64,000 nt of DNA from Microbotryum violaceum (Eukaryota): NCBI GenBank assembly GCA_001244265.2, contig CDLV01000005.1, forward strand, positions 558,001 to 622,000. Reading direction: 5' to 3'. Below are positions 49,516 through 64,000 of this stretch, one piece after another. A model generated the notes under the pieces. The model did no database searches and was not told the DNA's origin. It saw nothing but the letters and a program-made list of their open reading frames with translations. Numbering within the stretch: position 1 is the first letter of the stretch; each line of letters starts with the position of its first letter. The position numbers and the translations under genes were made by a program.

Positions 49516-50038
49516 GTAAGCCATTCATCGCCCTTTTACAACACCCTCGACCATGGACGAGAGCGTTGCCACCGCCTGGCTGGATGGGATAGGGAGTGTG
49601 GGTTTCGACGATGGGCGCCTCCGCCGTATTAGGCCCCGGTAAAAAAGCGTCGGCGGCGTGGAGGGATCAGACCCGTGGGGCGGTGGAGCTGGAACGGCAT
49701 TTTCGGAGAGGCCAGAATCACGCGAGGGAAGGAGGATGGAATTCTCGTTGTGATTGGGATCATCGTGGATTCGCCAGGAGGGAATGGGGATGCTCCGTAG
49801 AGTGTGGGAATGGCGTGGGCCGGGCTGGGCGTGTGAGCAAGGCGGGCTGGGCTGGCTGGCCCGAATTGCGGAATTGCGAAGTCAGGCCCAGGCCGGGGCG
49901 GTGGTCGTGATGGCGGCTTGACGGGACGAACATGCGTCGTCCTGGCCGATTGGATCATGTGCAGCGCCTACTTGCCGATCACCGACATACCAAAATTACT
50001 GCTGTGTACTGACCACTTGCCCCGCTTCCCCTCCACAG
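49516..50038 (+). other. 523-nt 5'-UTR intron of RPS21
   Basis: GTAAGC donor, TACTGAC branch site, pyrimidine tract and CAG acceptor 11 nt before the ATG. Confidence 0.75.
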
Positions 50039-50049
50039 ATCCCTCCATC

Positions 50050-50467
50050 ATGCAAAACGATCTTGTACGTCCTCACACCCACTACACCATCAGAACCTTA
50101 CACCCAAGAACCCACTCACCCCGCATTCTCTCACCTTCTACAGGGCCATGTCGTCGACCTCTACGTCCCGCGCAAGTGCAGCGCGACGAACCGTCTCATC
50201 ACCGCCAAGGATCACGCCTCGGTCCAAATCGCCATCGCCGAAGTCGACGACGAGGGCAAGATGACCGGTTCGAGCGTCACCTACGCGTTCCAGGGTTCGT
50301 TGCGCGAGACGGGCGATTCCGATGATGCGCTCAACAGGTACGTCCCGCATGAGCTTTGGCTGGTGGTGGAGAGGATTATGGTGCTGATTTCATTTGATTC
50401 ATTCGTCGCGGTTAGGCTCGCAACGGGGGACGGTCTCTTGAAGCAAACCTGGTCGTACCAGCAATAA
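50050..50467 (+). CDS. RPS21: 40S ribosomal protein S21 (eS21)
   Basis: [34 protein letters not shown]...[25 protein letters not shown]. Confidence 0.97.
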
Positions 50468-50694
50468 ATGCCCTCGCAGACTTCCGGTCCTTATCACTTT
50501 TTTTCGTTCACCTCGAACCAATTCAAAGAACAACGTTTGCGCGTCGTAGCAGGAAGGACTCGTAACGAAAGTAGGGAACAAGAGAGGGATGGGGTTTCCT
50601 GTTTGTGTGTGTGCCAGCAATTGTTTTTTTGGTAGGGGGAGACATAGCATTACCAGTTCGTTTTCACACCATACTGGAAATCCCGATGGCAGCC

Positions 50695-50719
<25 letters not shown>
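50695..50719. repeat. (GA)n microsatellite
   Basis: Directly visible between the convergent RPS21 and TOM40 3' ends. Confidence 0.9.
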
Positions 50720-50726
<7 letters not shown>

Positions 50727-51003
50727 TGCGAGTTGAGGTGGGTTGGTGGGATTTCATTCTGACACGAGAGAGGAAAGAGCATACAAAGCGTCTAGGAGGG
50801 AGCAGCGGGGCAAAATGAGAGTGAAGAAGAAACGACACGCACGAGAATAATGGTGACATAAAAGGTGTTGAATAGACATCCCGCGGACGGGCTTAAGGCC
50901 CTCCTCTCGTCCCTCTCGCTCCTCACCAACGTCCAACATACCCTCCTCCTTTCCTCCATTCTCCGATGCTTCATGATCACGTGTCTTTTCGGGTTTGATT
51001 CGG

Positions 51004-52734
51004 CTACATGGGTCGACTCTGAGCTTGGGCGGCGGCCTGTGCGGCGGCTTCGGCCGCTGCGATCGCTTCCTCCGATGCAGACTCGACCATGATACCGAGA
51101 CCGAACTTGGACTTGTTCGTCTTGTGATCTGGCAGGCGGACCATGTGGGAAGATAAATTCGGTCAGGCACAACGTCCCAATGTGACACTTGCTCCCACCA
51201 GAAGCGAGAAATTCGAGCCAAACGGCACGGGCCGAAGATGGCGAAAGTGCTTACCCATCTCTCCCGAAATCAAGAAAGCAAACAACGGGCTGAGCCTCTG
51301 CTCCAACAACGCGCAGACCTTGCCATCCGAATCGACCTGCCCTCGGAACGTCGCCATCCTGAAATCGTACTTGACACCGGCCGTGGCAAGCGCTTTCCTC
51401 TGCGACGGGTCCGCGGCGGGAAGGACGGTCAGATCGACGGCGGCGTCGACGCGTTCGGCCAACTGTTTCCAGTACGTCGCTTGCAACACGCCTTGGCTCA
51501 TCAATTGCGCCGAAGCGATCCATGATCCGGCGAGAGGTTGTCCGGAGAGGTCCTTCTTGACGTCATGCAGTTTGGCCATGTACCCGAGCGCGACCTCTTC
51601 GATCTGGGGTGTCGGTCGTTGGTACAGCGCTTCGGCACCGAGCGCGAAATGGGGTGTGAGGGACTGCAGGTACTGCGCGATGTAGGTGCCCGTCAGATCG
51701 GCGGGCGAAGGGTTGTAGGCCTTGAGGCCGAGGGTGAAGTCTTTGCCGGTGTGGTCGTGCTCGATCGTGAACATGGATGGCGTCGTCGGCGATCGTTGAA
51801 GCTGTACACCGTGGGTTTGGGGTGTGGGTCAGTCACTCGCTATTGGAGTGCCAATGATGAACGGGGTATGAAAAACTGACGTTGATGCCGATTTTTGTGA
51901 GTGCGGCGGGTGACCAAGTGTGGTTCAGTCGGCCGTTGACGGAACCTTCGTTATCGATCGAGCCTTGCATCAGGTTCTGTGGTGGCCGTTCGTGTATCCG
52001 ATCAGTGTACTGGTTCCTCGTGGATGGGGGTAATCTCGCTCGCTCGGTCTCGCTCCTGGCGCTGCTGCTCGCTCAGTCGGCGATCCCGAACGCTCCACTC
52101 CCCGAACGCACCTCATTGGTCGCATACACGGCCCTGAACGAGTACGTTCCGGGTGAAGGCCCCATCTGCCCCTGTGCTCCGGTCGTGAACGAGTGCGTGA
52201 CCTGGAAGGCGGGCATCTGGGACAGCGTCTTGGACAGGTCCGCTCGCGCGCCGTCAAAGGCAAAGTTGGTGTAGTGCACATCTAGGCCGGGGAACAAGCG
52301 CAGAAAAGGTCAGTTGGATTGTACTTTTCTTCTGGGGGGTGTGGATCTGCGATATATGGAATGGGAGACGTGGGGGACGGAGGTGGATGGCAAGCGCTCG
52401 GAGGCTCCCTCCCGTCATTCGCAAGCGTCCTTTCTCCCCATTCGGTCCCGTTAAGCCGTCCAACAACTCATTCTCAAGACGACCCATATGGACTACCCCT
52501 CCCGTGTGTCGAATTTGACCATTCGTACTCGCTTAACTCACTCTTGACCTCACGCGCCAAGTCCTCGGCCATGCCAGGATCGGGCAACTTGAGCGCATCG
52601 CGGGCAGTGTTGAACCGATCCAACAGGCCGCCGACGGGCGCGAGGAAACTGGGGAAGCTCGAGGCGTACGAAGAGAGTTCGGCTTCGAGCGGGAAGGGGG
52701 CGGAGAAGGCGGGCGCGGCGGACGGGGTGGCCAT
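51004..52734 (-). CDS. TOM40: Mitochondrial outer membrane translocase Tom40
   Basis: LKLPDPGMAEDLAREVK, NFAFDGARADLSK, FQVTHSF, LKAYNPSP, YLQSLTP and ATAGVKYDFRMATFRGQVDS. Confidence 0.95.
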
Positions 52735-53165
52735 CGTTGAGATCGGGGTTGGGTGAGGGATGAGACCGGTGAGGGGTGGTGGTGGTGATTGAGTGGGAAG
52801 GAGGTCGCGGTGCGCGGTGGGTGCGACCGAGAGAGCAAGCCAGCGACTGCGGTGGCCGGCGCTGCGAGGGGCTAATAATCAAACGATTCGAAAGGCAAAC
52901 TCAAGTTTGCTTACTAATGCCTTTTGCCTCGGTGAACTCCGAGTTGGACCACAATGCGTGCGCCGACAGATGTCTCAACGCAACTTGAAAGAACAGATTG
53001 ATTGCAACACAGCTAAATGCAAGATGAACGGCAAGATAAGAAGGAAAATCATCTACAACATGCACACACCTGAACTAATAAACAGGGCTCCCGCGCCACC
53101 TAGAAACTCCCACTCGACACTTCCCCTCAAGAAAAGCCAAGTTCCCACGCACTCCTCCCCTCTCA

Positions 53166-56077
53166 TTACATGTCCATCGAAGTCGGGTTATCGTCGTCGC
53201 GGTACAAAACACGAGCGTACTATGACGAAGCACAGGTTTGAATTCAGCAAGGTCAGCCTAGAACCTTCCTCACAGCAGAAAGATTCTCGCAACAACGCAG
53301 CACTCACCTCGAGCAACAATCGATAAGTATCTGCGGACAAGAGTATCAGTACTTTTTTTCCCACGCGCACACTCATTTTACCTACTCACAGATCCTCATA
53401 TCCTCCATCCTCCAACATGTCTTGGCGAACTCTTTACCGGCCATCGCAATCTCCTTTGCCAACGCATCGTGTTCGCCCCTACCGTTTTCATCGCCTTTGA
53501 AAAAGGCCATCACTTCCCATAGGTCCTTATAGTCTGGTGAGATGGGGACGTAGCTATGAGGAAAAGTGAAAGCCGGGTCAGTTGAGAGGCCTTGGAAGGT
53601 GCGGTAGAGAGAAATCTTGCGGCGTACTGTAGCCAAGGTTGAATATGGTCGCGATACCACTCGGGAAAGATGGTACTCTTGAACACGAGCGAGTTGGTCG
53701 AAAGCAAGCGATGGAAACGTCCCGACCACTGTGAGCTCGCTCAGACATCGGAAATCGTCATCACACCCTCGCGCACCGCCATCCATAGATGTCGCCCAGT
53801 CAAACTCACCCCATTCCCATCCACGTCCATCACATACTTGTACTCATTCTGTTCGTCCTGGCCCATATATTCAGACCATGTAAACTCTTTGGCGAATTCG
53901 GCGCACGCGACCGAATCGCTGCATTGTTCAGGTTTGCCGAGAAACTGAAAGTCGAACCATTCTTTCGCGAGGGTGCGCTTGTCCGCGGTGAATTCTTGCG
54001 TGGGACCGAGTTGGCCGAATTTGTCATTCGGGGCGTAGGTCAGGGCGATCGGGCCTGTCTGAGTGGGTACTGCGCGAGGGTAAGATGGAAAGCGGGGGGG
54101 GGGTTAGCATCACAAAAAGTCGTTCCGCCGATCTCGGCATAACTCACATCGACACAACCTCGGTCTCTGCGAGTAATCCCTCATCCAAGCCAGATTCAAA
54201 TCCGCGCCCGTCGTAGACCCCCTCCACACAATTTTATCCCTCTTCTTCTCCTCCCACCTCAGATCATTGCCCACAGGTCGATCGTACTGATCGATAGGAG
54301 GGACCAACAAATCGGAATGCATCGACGTCGACGTCATCGCGAACAAAGGGTAGACCAGACCGCAGCGAGGACCGTCCCACAACGTGAAGCCGTGAAGGGT
54401 TTGCCGTTCGGGGTGGGAGCATACGTCCATCGCTTGGACGTGATCGTGTATGAGGCTTTTCTGGGCCGGCGGTGCCATTTTGGCTTGGTCTCTGAGTCGG
54501 TCCGAGAAGCGAGCGGCTTTGCGCATGGGTGAGTTTGGGGGACAGCTTTGCGTCCACCCGTCGTACTTCCAGTCATCGATTGGGTCCGTTAAGAATTTCT
54601 CAGGTACGTCTTGGGAGAGGAGCAAGGAAAGAGTCAGCCCTTGCCCTTGACCGACTTCTGTCTTGGAGAAGCGTCCACTCACATTCTCCCGCCTTCGCAC
54701 TCCGTATGTGCTGTTCTCTTGCTTCCCCACTCATCACGATCCCTTTGAGAGAAATTCACTTCAACTCGATCAGCCCCAATCTGCTCAAACGAACATCAGC
54801 CACGCAGACTCACAAGGATTATCGTGGCCCGTAAAGGTCAAATTCATGTCCGGCAAGTACTTTGCGATCGGTTGAATAAGCTGCTTCATCTGATTCGGTC
54901 GATCGACATGGATCGACATTGGACCCGAAGCATCCACGCCCTTGCCGCCTCCAGACAATTGCAACGTAAACGTCTTGTCCTGTATCCAAAAGTCTGCATC
55001 GTGTTGAATCGTTTCGGCTCGTTTTCGCATGACGCTCGAAGGTATCGCGAGGAGGGGTAGTATCTTCTCGTCGAGGGAATCAAATTCGTCGACGAGGAGA
55101 AAGTTGTGCCCTTTGGCGTACCACCACCAGTCGGCGAACCCTTTCGGTGGCCGTCGGTTGTAGCGTCTTTCATATTCCTGCCAAGTCGTGAGAGTTTGGT
55201 CAACATTTCTGGATTGCCTTCCGGTCAAGCTCTGGTTACCTCCACAAGAGTGACTCACCTCGACGGCCTCCCTCAAGGTCTTGCTCTGTCGTTCGACCTT
55301 CCTCGTCCACATCCGCTTGGCCGAATCCATCAATAAATGAATCGGATGAGGTTGGGAAGGTGCAGCAACGTGCTCTTCCCTGTTGCCTGTAAGCTTCTTC
55401 CTCGACCCCAAATACCTCGCTTCGGTTCCAGACCCCGAATCGTCCGAAGTCCCCTCGGTCAATTTCCTCGCCTCGTGAGCCGGGTACATCAAGTAGCCCA
55501 ACTCCCTTTCGAAATGGAGGTAGTCAAAGGGTGAATGTACGCCTAGACAATCCCGCTTCCAAGGAAAGATGCGACATGCCGTTTCGAGTGCCTTGAGTGT
55601 GACGAGCTCGTTCGTCGTCGATGGTCGCGAGAGGAGGAACCAGCTCGTCAGGAGGAGCAGCAGCAGATAGAGCAACGTGCGGCGCGAGGAACGGGCTCGT
55701 TTGGCGACGAAGGAGAAGGGTGATCGGAAATAGCGGTCGAGCGAGGTCGGATGGGAATGGAGCATCATGGATGGGGTACGGATCGAGAGACGAGGGGTCA
55801 GGGAAGGGGATCGACTTCCATTCATACTGTTGCCGTTGCCGGGGGCATTGTTGTGGCTATTGCTGCCCGATGCGCCCGAGGCATTGATCACGGGAGAGGT
55901 GATGTGCGAATTGCTATGCCCGATGATGGGGATCCGGTACGACTGTTGCTGCGCGGTCGAGACGGAGCTGGAACTGACCCCCGTCGTCGGCGAGCGGAGG
56001 CTGGATCCGGCGCCGTGATGGGGCTTGGAGGGGGAGCCAGAGACGGAGCTCGACCGCGACCGAGTGCGCGTGTGCAT
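53166..56077 (-). CDS. Second glycosyltransferase family 90 (Cap10/Cxt1-like) protein
   Basis: TM helix, SKTLREAVEEYERRYNRRPPKGFADWW, LPDMNLTF, WEEKKRDKIVWRGSTTG, YKYVMDVDGNG, STIFPEWY and WRMEDMRIYTYRLLLEY. Confidence 0.92.
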
Positions 56078-57073
56078 GGCCGCCGTAGGGCGTGAGGGTG
56101 GGTGGATCGTCCACAAAGGTGAAGTGTGAACGAGTGGGTAAGCCACGAACGGTCCAACCCTTGCGGCGAGCGGCCAAGGGCTAAAGCGTATAGAGCACGA
56201 GAACGAGACGAGGCAAGAGCACAATCGGACCGAGACTTTCGCGCCGGCGACGGGCCCCCGTCCTGCAGACTTTCTGCAGCACCGCCTCCACGAGCCTCCA
56301 CGCTCCTCGACATGAAATCCACGCGTGACTGCCCGGTATTCAACCGAATCGCAATCCGAGTGAACAGCTTGTACCGACTGCCAGAGATTTGCCCCTTGTT
56401 TTAAATGACTGGAAAAAATCTAAAACGAGCATCGTCCCGTCGCTGGGTAATAGTAGTGCAGCTGCACGGCTCCGAACATATAAACTCACGCCGGTCCTTG
56501 AAGTGAGCACAAAAACTCGTCACGTGCGCGGCAAAGAGACCGTTGATCCGACTTGTGTGCATTGCAAGAAGGTCTCGGGCTTGAGGCAAGGATTACAAGA
56601 TCTTTTGGTAACAGTAATGGGTACACTTTCATGTAATTACTGGTTGCGCGAGTTTCATGCAGGAGATCCCAAGTGGCGTAAACTAAGCGTTGATCAAAGG
56701 CTCTCCCGAGTCAAAGCCACCCGAACGATGAATTACCACCACGGCAGTGATGCGTTCCTGCCACACTATCCGCTCCACCATTCATATCTTACACGTTCAT
56801 CTCGGTCAATCAAGGTGTCCCATTGGCCTGATCAAACCGACTTTCCGACTTCCTTTGCCCCTTTGCCGCTACAAGTGGCCCCTGAAAGTCCACCGCAATC
56901 GAAGTTGCCCTAATAGGGTACGACGACGAAATGACTGTATAGCACATGTATGATGGCTGGCACTTCCAGAGAAAACACAAGCATAACAGAGTAAACCATT
57001 AAACGTCCAACGAAATGTAGGGTGGTAAAAAAAAAACAGGGGCGCAACCAAAAGATCTAGTGACTACCTCGCC

Positions 57074-58903
<1,830 letters not shown>

Positions 58904-59368
58904 GGTAGTGGGTGTGGTGCTGAAAGGGGGGAGGTGTAGGATGAAAAGGGGTGATCCTGACTAGACAAGCCGAGTCTGTAAATGAATTGGAACGCCAGCG
59001 CACACGGGGACAGAGGGTGGGAGGGGCGGAATTGAAACCCCGAATCGACTTTCGCAGACAGCACCCCACGCCAGACCGGGCATTTGTGCCCGCGGAAGGA
59101 GCAGCGGAGTAGAGCTGAGTTCTCTCTACTCTAGGCCTCGGGCGAATCGATCAACGGATCGGGAGACGCGGGCCAGCCGGGGCCAGCCAGGCGCTCCATT
59201 CGCATTTCGCAATTACAGACCGGTGCGGTGTGCGGCTTGGGTGATTGCTAAGCGCGTGGAAGCTGGGCCATGGCACGCGTCACTGGCGCGATGGGCCCCC
59301 TGTTGGGCTGGCTCAACATCACCACCACCACAGCGACACTAGACAACCCATTACCGCTGGACGAGGCC

Positions 59369-62300
59369 ATGGCTCTGTCGGAGATTGAGCCTTTGCTCGA
59401 GTTGGCAGGTAAGCTTGCCACGTTCACTTTCGACCTGACTCCAAGGCATGTACTGACTTGGTCGATCTCCTGTGCGATGTTGCCCCACTCGTCTCCTCTC
59501 GTCGAATGCTCGTGCCACGCGTCGCACCCCAATCTTGTATTTGCGTTCATAGACACTGACAAGCGAATACAGGGTTTTCACTTATTGCATCAGTGCTTGC
59601 AAGGGCAAAACAACGACAACGAGGTGAGACAAACGAGCCATGTCTGAGAGGCGATCGAGCCCCAAAGAGGCACTGACCTGTCACTCGGCTCTCATCTCAG
59701 ACATCCCATTCCATCTCAATCGATGACCTTGAACGGCTGATACCATCCATTAAAGCGTCGCTCAAGCATGCCAACTCGTTCCTCTCGACCGCGGCACTGA
59801 CATGTCTGCCCGACTACTTTGCTCGTTTCGACAACCTCGCCTCGGACCAGCATCCCGCCGCATCGACCTCGACCTCGACTCCGAGCGCTGCAATGACCAA
59901 TCACCTGGCCCATGTACTCAAACAAGCCTTTTTCAATCTGCTGCCCTTCGACAAGCTCGCCGACTCCAAGGTTCAGGTGCGCGACCTGGCCAAGGCGGCA
60001 ATCGTCAGCGCCGCTAGGACCTCGTTGAAGCTGGGGGTCAATGCTGGCACAGGGCCGAGTAAGGACAAGGAGGGACCGTGGCAGCTGTGGGAGGCGAGGA
60101 TACAAGAATTGGGGTTCCATTCCAAGAGCCCCAAAGCTCGTGAACAGGTAAGCACCTCTCTGCGTCGTCCACACAGACCGGGTTCGCAGACTTAGCCTCT
60201 CGTCCCCCGATCGCAGGCCCTGCACGCGCTCGCTACTCTGCGAGACCCAGCACATCCTCCTCTGGCTCCTCTGAGACCTTTCACAACCTTCCTCTTGCCT
60301 TTGTTGTCAGACTCGGATCCGACCGTCCGGACGTTGGCGCTGTCGACGACGATAAAAATCTTCGCCTCCGACTCGGTCACGCCCGCCGCGCGCGCTGACC
60401 TTAAGAAGGCCATGATCAAGTTGGACGTGGGGAAGAAGACGCAAGAGACCGTCTTGGCGGCTGTGCTGGGTGGAGCATCTGCCGCCGAGATGGAGAGGAG
60501 GTCGAGTGGGACAAATCTGGGCCAGGCTCGACCGTCGGGCCCCAGCGAGGGAGCCAAGAGCGAACGATCGGGATCGGCCCATTCCGTAGCGAGCAGATCG
60601 CCTTCGACTTCGGCCTCGACAATGCCTCCGGGGGCATTGCGAAGACCAAGCGGAGGTCCTCCTACAGGCGCATCCCTCGCTGCATCGCTACCGTCCGCGG
60701 CCTTCCCCTCTGATCCTTCCTCTGTACACGCCCCGCTGGCCGAAATACAACCGGTCTACATGGCGAGTGATCGGGACGTCCTGCGCGAGTTAGAAGGGAT
60801 GAAGGGTTGCTTCGAAGGGAAAGAGACCGAGTTCAATTGGATCGAGCGGGACAAGTCGGTCGCTCGGATCCGAGGGATGATCAAAGGCAACGCTCCGAGG
60901 GAATTCCTCGAGAGCTTGCTTGTCGGTCTCAAGGTAGTTTTGGAGGGGATCATGAAGACGGCTTCGTCGTTGAGGACGACTGTCGCGGTTTCGGCGCTTT
61001 CCTTGATCTCGGAACTCGCTTCGACGCTAAGACATTCACTCGACGTCTATTTTCTCGATCATCTCATGTCGCACTGCCTGTCCATGGCCGGAGGGACGAA
61101 GAAGCTCGTCGCTTCAGCATCCCAAGCCTCGGTGACCTCACTTCTCACGCATCTGGCCTACCATCACAAGATGCTGCAACTCCTCTGGATCGCGATGAAT
61201 GATAAGATCGTCTCGGCCCGCAACTTTACCGCCACTCACGTCATGACCTTCATCGAAATGCATGCGGTAAGATCGAAGCAAGCGATCGAACATACGAACG
61301 GACTGGACGAGCTGGAAAAATGTGTCAAGAAGGGCTTGCAGGATTCGAGTTTGGTCGTCAAGGAGATGATGCGTAAGGTGTTCTGGAAACTCAAGGAGAT
61401 TTGGCCGCGACTAGGGGACAAGATCCTGGCTGGGCTTGACGGGACAACAAGGAAGCAGTTGGAGAAGAGCGATCCTAGTAAGGTTACGACGGCAGGTTCG
61501 AGTGCAGGAGCGAGGTCGGTCAGTGGGCCGGCTTTGGGAAGGGCGGCGGGACGGCCCAGTATAAGGGATATGGTCAAGCAAGCCAAGTTGGCGAAGGAGG
61601 CGCTAGCGGACAGTGATCCCGTCGATGACCTCTTCGTTCCTTTATCGTCGCTCGATACGACGAAGACTCAGTCGACGTCTTTACCAAGCACCCCTTCGGC
61701 TGCTCCCGCTGCTCCGTCACCCTCAACCCCACCTTTGGTTGCGACAACGCCGTCTAGACCTCCGCCGGTCCACGCACCTTCCTCAACGGGGTCCAGACGG
61801 CAATCCCGGATCCCCATCCACTCTCCTCTCGGTTCGCCTACCCATCTCCCCGTCGATCAAGGCTCGCGATCGCCACCGAGTCGACGCAAGATGAGCAGCG
61901 TCGACGGTTCTGAAGCGACGAATAAAACCTACAACATCGACGAGGTCGTCAAGGCCAACGGTGGTGGTGATTCCGAATCGTCACCGGTGACGGCTGCGGC
62001 GGTCGGGAAGAAGGGGACGAATGGAAGTCTAGTCTTGCCTGTGCCGGAACCCATCGTCGACGACGCGTTGAGGGACCAGGCTTTTCAGGCCGAGCAGGCT
62101 GCCGAACGCTTGTTGGAGTTGGCGGATGAGGATGAACCGCAGAGTCAGGGAGAACGTGCGCCCCCCATGGACGACAAGAAGACTCCTCATGTGCCTCGGC
62201 AAGTCGATGTGTTTGCTGATAGTCCGGATTTGAGGAATGGGGATGGAGCGGTGGCGAGTGCGACGAATGGGCTCAGGAATTGGTGGATGAAGAAGGTCGA

Positions 62301-63318
62301 TCGTGAGCCATGGGTGTCAGCGAGATCTATCTAGAACGTTGTCGACTCACTTTTTTTTTCTACTTGACGCACAGAGCCAGCACCGCCCAAAGCAACTTCC
62401 ACGCCGGCCGACACACCGCAAAAGATCCAGGAGATCGACTCGCTGATCTCGAGTTTCACATCTGACCAAGCATCGACGTCAGACCTGCTCAAACTCGTTG
62501 AGGTATCCAAGGAGCGTCCCATCGTCGAGACGGATTCGAGTGGTGACTCGCCCTTTTCTTCCCCGTCCCATCGACCGTCTCCTTCAACAACAACATCGTC
62601 GAGCACGTTTTGGACGACTCGCTTCACCCTGATGTGGGAGGCCCTAACATTCCAGCTTTCGCGACCTCCAACGTCTGAACAAGCTACAACAACAAAGGAG
62701 GTGCTGCTGGTCTTGTTCAAATCACTTGTCGAACACCAACTCGTTTCCTTTGCCGGATCCGAACAAGACGTCTTTTCGACCTTGCTCCACGTACGATCGA
62801 GTGATCCGACGCGGTCAACGATCGGTGCGATCGAAGGAATCGCCTCTTGCTTCTGCACGACGAGCGAGCCTCTCTTCTCTCTCTCGTCCCTCAACCAGGC
62901 GATGAAACACTTCCTTTCCTCATCTTCGACGCACAACACCGCACTGGACAAATCCCTTGGCTTCTCCCTCGGTCTTCGATGCTTGGGAACGCTCTTCGAA
63001 CGCCTTCCCCCAGAAGTCCTTGACGACGTTGTACCCGCGTCCCTGCCCTTAATCAAGAAGGCATTGGAGGATCCTTCGGGGGAAGTTAGGAGGTCGAGCA
63101 TCAATGCCTTGACAAGCGTATACAAGGTCTATCGCGATGAGAATCGGCTGTGGGACGTGATCGGGGACATGCCTCAGGATCGGAAGAATCTGTTGACGTA
63201 CTGTGAGTGTCGCGTGCTCACTACAAGAACACCGGGTTTTTCTGCTTCGAAGAGTGCCGAGACTGACGCTCCCCGAGGTTCATTGTGCGTAGACATTGCC
63301 AAACTCCCTCCGGCTTGA
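59369..63318 (+). CDS. STU1: CLASP/Stu1 microtubule-associated HEAT/TOG protein (spliced)
   Basis: FEGKETEFNWIERDKSVARIRGMIKG, SSLRTTVA, GTKKLVASAS (CLASP_N); C-terminal LPLIKKALEDPSGEVRRS. Confidence 0.9.
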
Positions 63319-63637
63319 GATGTTCAGCCCATCCCTCGTCCTCTCGTAGCATTCAGTAGGATCCTTTAAGGTGATCACTTGCTGTCGATCTGTCACCTTG
63401 CAAAAAACGCATCCACATTGCAATAATAACCATATCAGAAGAGCACTGATGAAGATAGTTCGCGGAGTTCTCCGCCGAGCGCCAAGGCTTGCTCGTCGCC
63501 CTCGTCACAACTTCATGACTGATCCAATAGCAAAAAAAGCGCCGAATAAATAGTTTTTAATGTCGTCCACTTGGTCACCCTTGACCAGATACATATGACC
63601 AGAATTGTGACTTTAATTCCGAGAAAAGACCGACGGA

Positions 63638-64000
63638 TTACTCTCTCCACTTGAGGCCCATTGCCTGCGAGACGAATCCATACCGATCCACCGCTTCGAT
63701 GATCTTCTTGTCGGTCGATTTGCCCGCGCCGTGGCCCGATTTGGTATCGACTCGAAGGAGCAAAGGATTAGGATTGGTAGGGAGCGAGTGCTGAAGCTCA
63801 GCCGCGAGCTTGAAGGAATGCAAGGGAACGACACGGTCATCATGGTCCGCCGTGAGAAGCATTAGCGGCGGGTATGTCTTGGTCGCATCGACCGTGTGCA
63901 AAGGCGAGTACCTGTCGATTTGTCCAAGAAAGTGGCTTAGTCTTAGTAAGCAGACGCGCAGAGCATAGCCATTGCTCACTTGATCAGGTAGTCGAAATCC
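63638..64000 (-). CDS. Prolyl oligopeptidase (S9A), 3' part only; gene continues beyond the window
   Basis: YSPLH, YPPLMLLTADHDDRVVPLHSFK and SGHGAGKS carrying the catalytic Asp/His motifs. Confidence 0.93.
   Translation of the reverse strand, partial: GFRLPDQVSNGYALRVCLLRLSHFLGQIDRYSPLHTVDATKTYPPLMLLTADHDDRVVPLHSFKLAAELQHSLPTNPNPLLLRVDTKSGHGAGKSTDKKIIEAVDRYGFVSQAMGLKWRE

Noticed and set aside
59107-59134. Hairpin GAGTAGAG/CTCTACTC overlapping CTAG, like a Helitron 3' end
   Set aside because: Spacing is atypical, it sits in a short divergent promoter, and there is no element body
63638-64000. Prolyl oligopeptidase as a cyclic-peptide (MSDIN/POPB) cluster marker
   Set aside because: No MSDIN-like precursor is visible and the neighbours are housekeeping genes; only the C-terminus is in the window

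Overview
Intron-rich, gene-dense eukaryotic DNA. The GT-AG introns with CTRAC-type branch sites, the gene set and the protein style point to a basidiomycete fungus, probably Pucciniomycotina/Microbotryomycetes; this is inference. About 24 protein-coding genes can be reconstructed by hand. They are an S/P-rich orphan, a Cep57-like protein, SFM1, an Ivy1-like I-BAR protein, NAPE-PLD, two tandem GSK3 kinases, SFI1, a four-repeat secreted protein with one in-frame TAA, two GT90 xylosyltransferases, MRS2, RPB12, a RhoGEF, sphingosine kinase, BolA, a small Cys-rich secreted protein, SPT8, RPS21, TOM40, ARG8, STU1/CLASP and the 3' end of a prolyl oligopeptidase. The most striking unexplained structure is in splicing. 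The 1,469-nt first intron of GSK3 ends in a 437-nt stretch with no AG dinucleotide, and that stretch begins exactly at a GCTGAC branch-point consensus. This suggests an extreme distal branch point, and the stretch is also an ATG-initiated ORF in frame with the kinase. Shorter AG-free zones recur in other long introns. Other features include a 2-nt coding microexon in RPB12, a stop-codon-only last coding exon in GSK3, hairpin-rich GSK3 introns, a degenerate tRNA-like element, an inverted-repeat element and an 88-nt A-tract. All exon coordinates were derived by eye and need RNA-seq confirmation.
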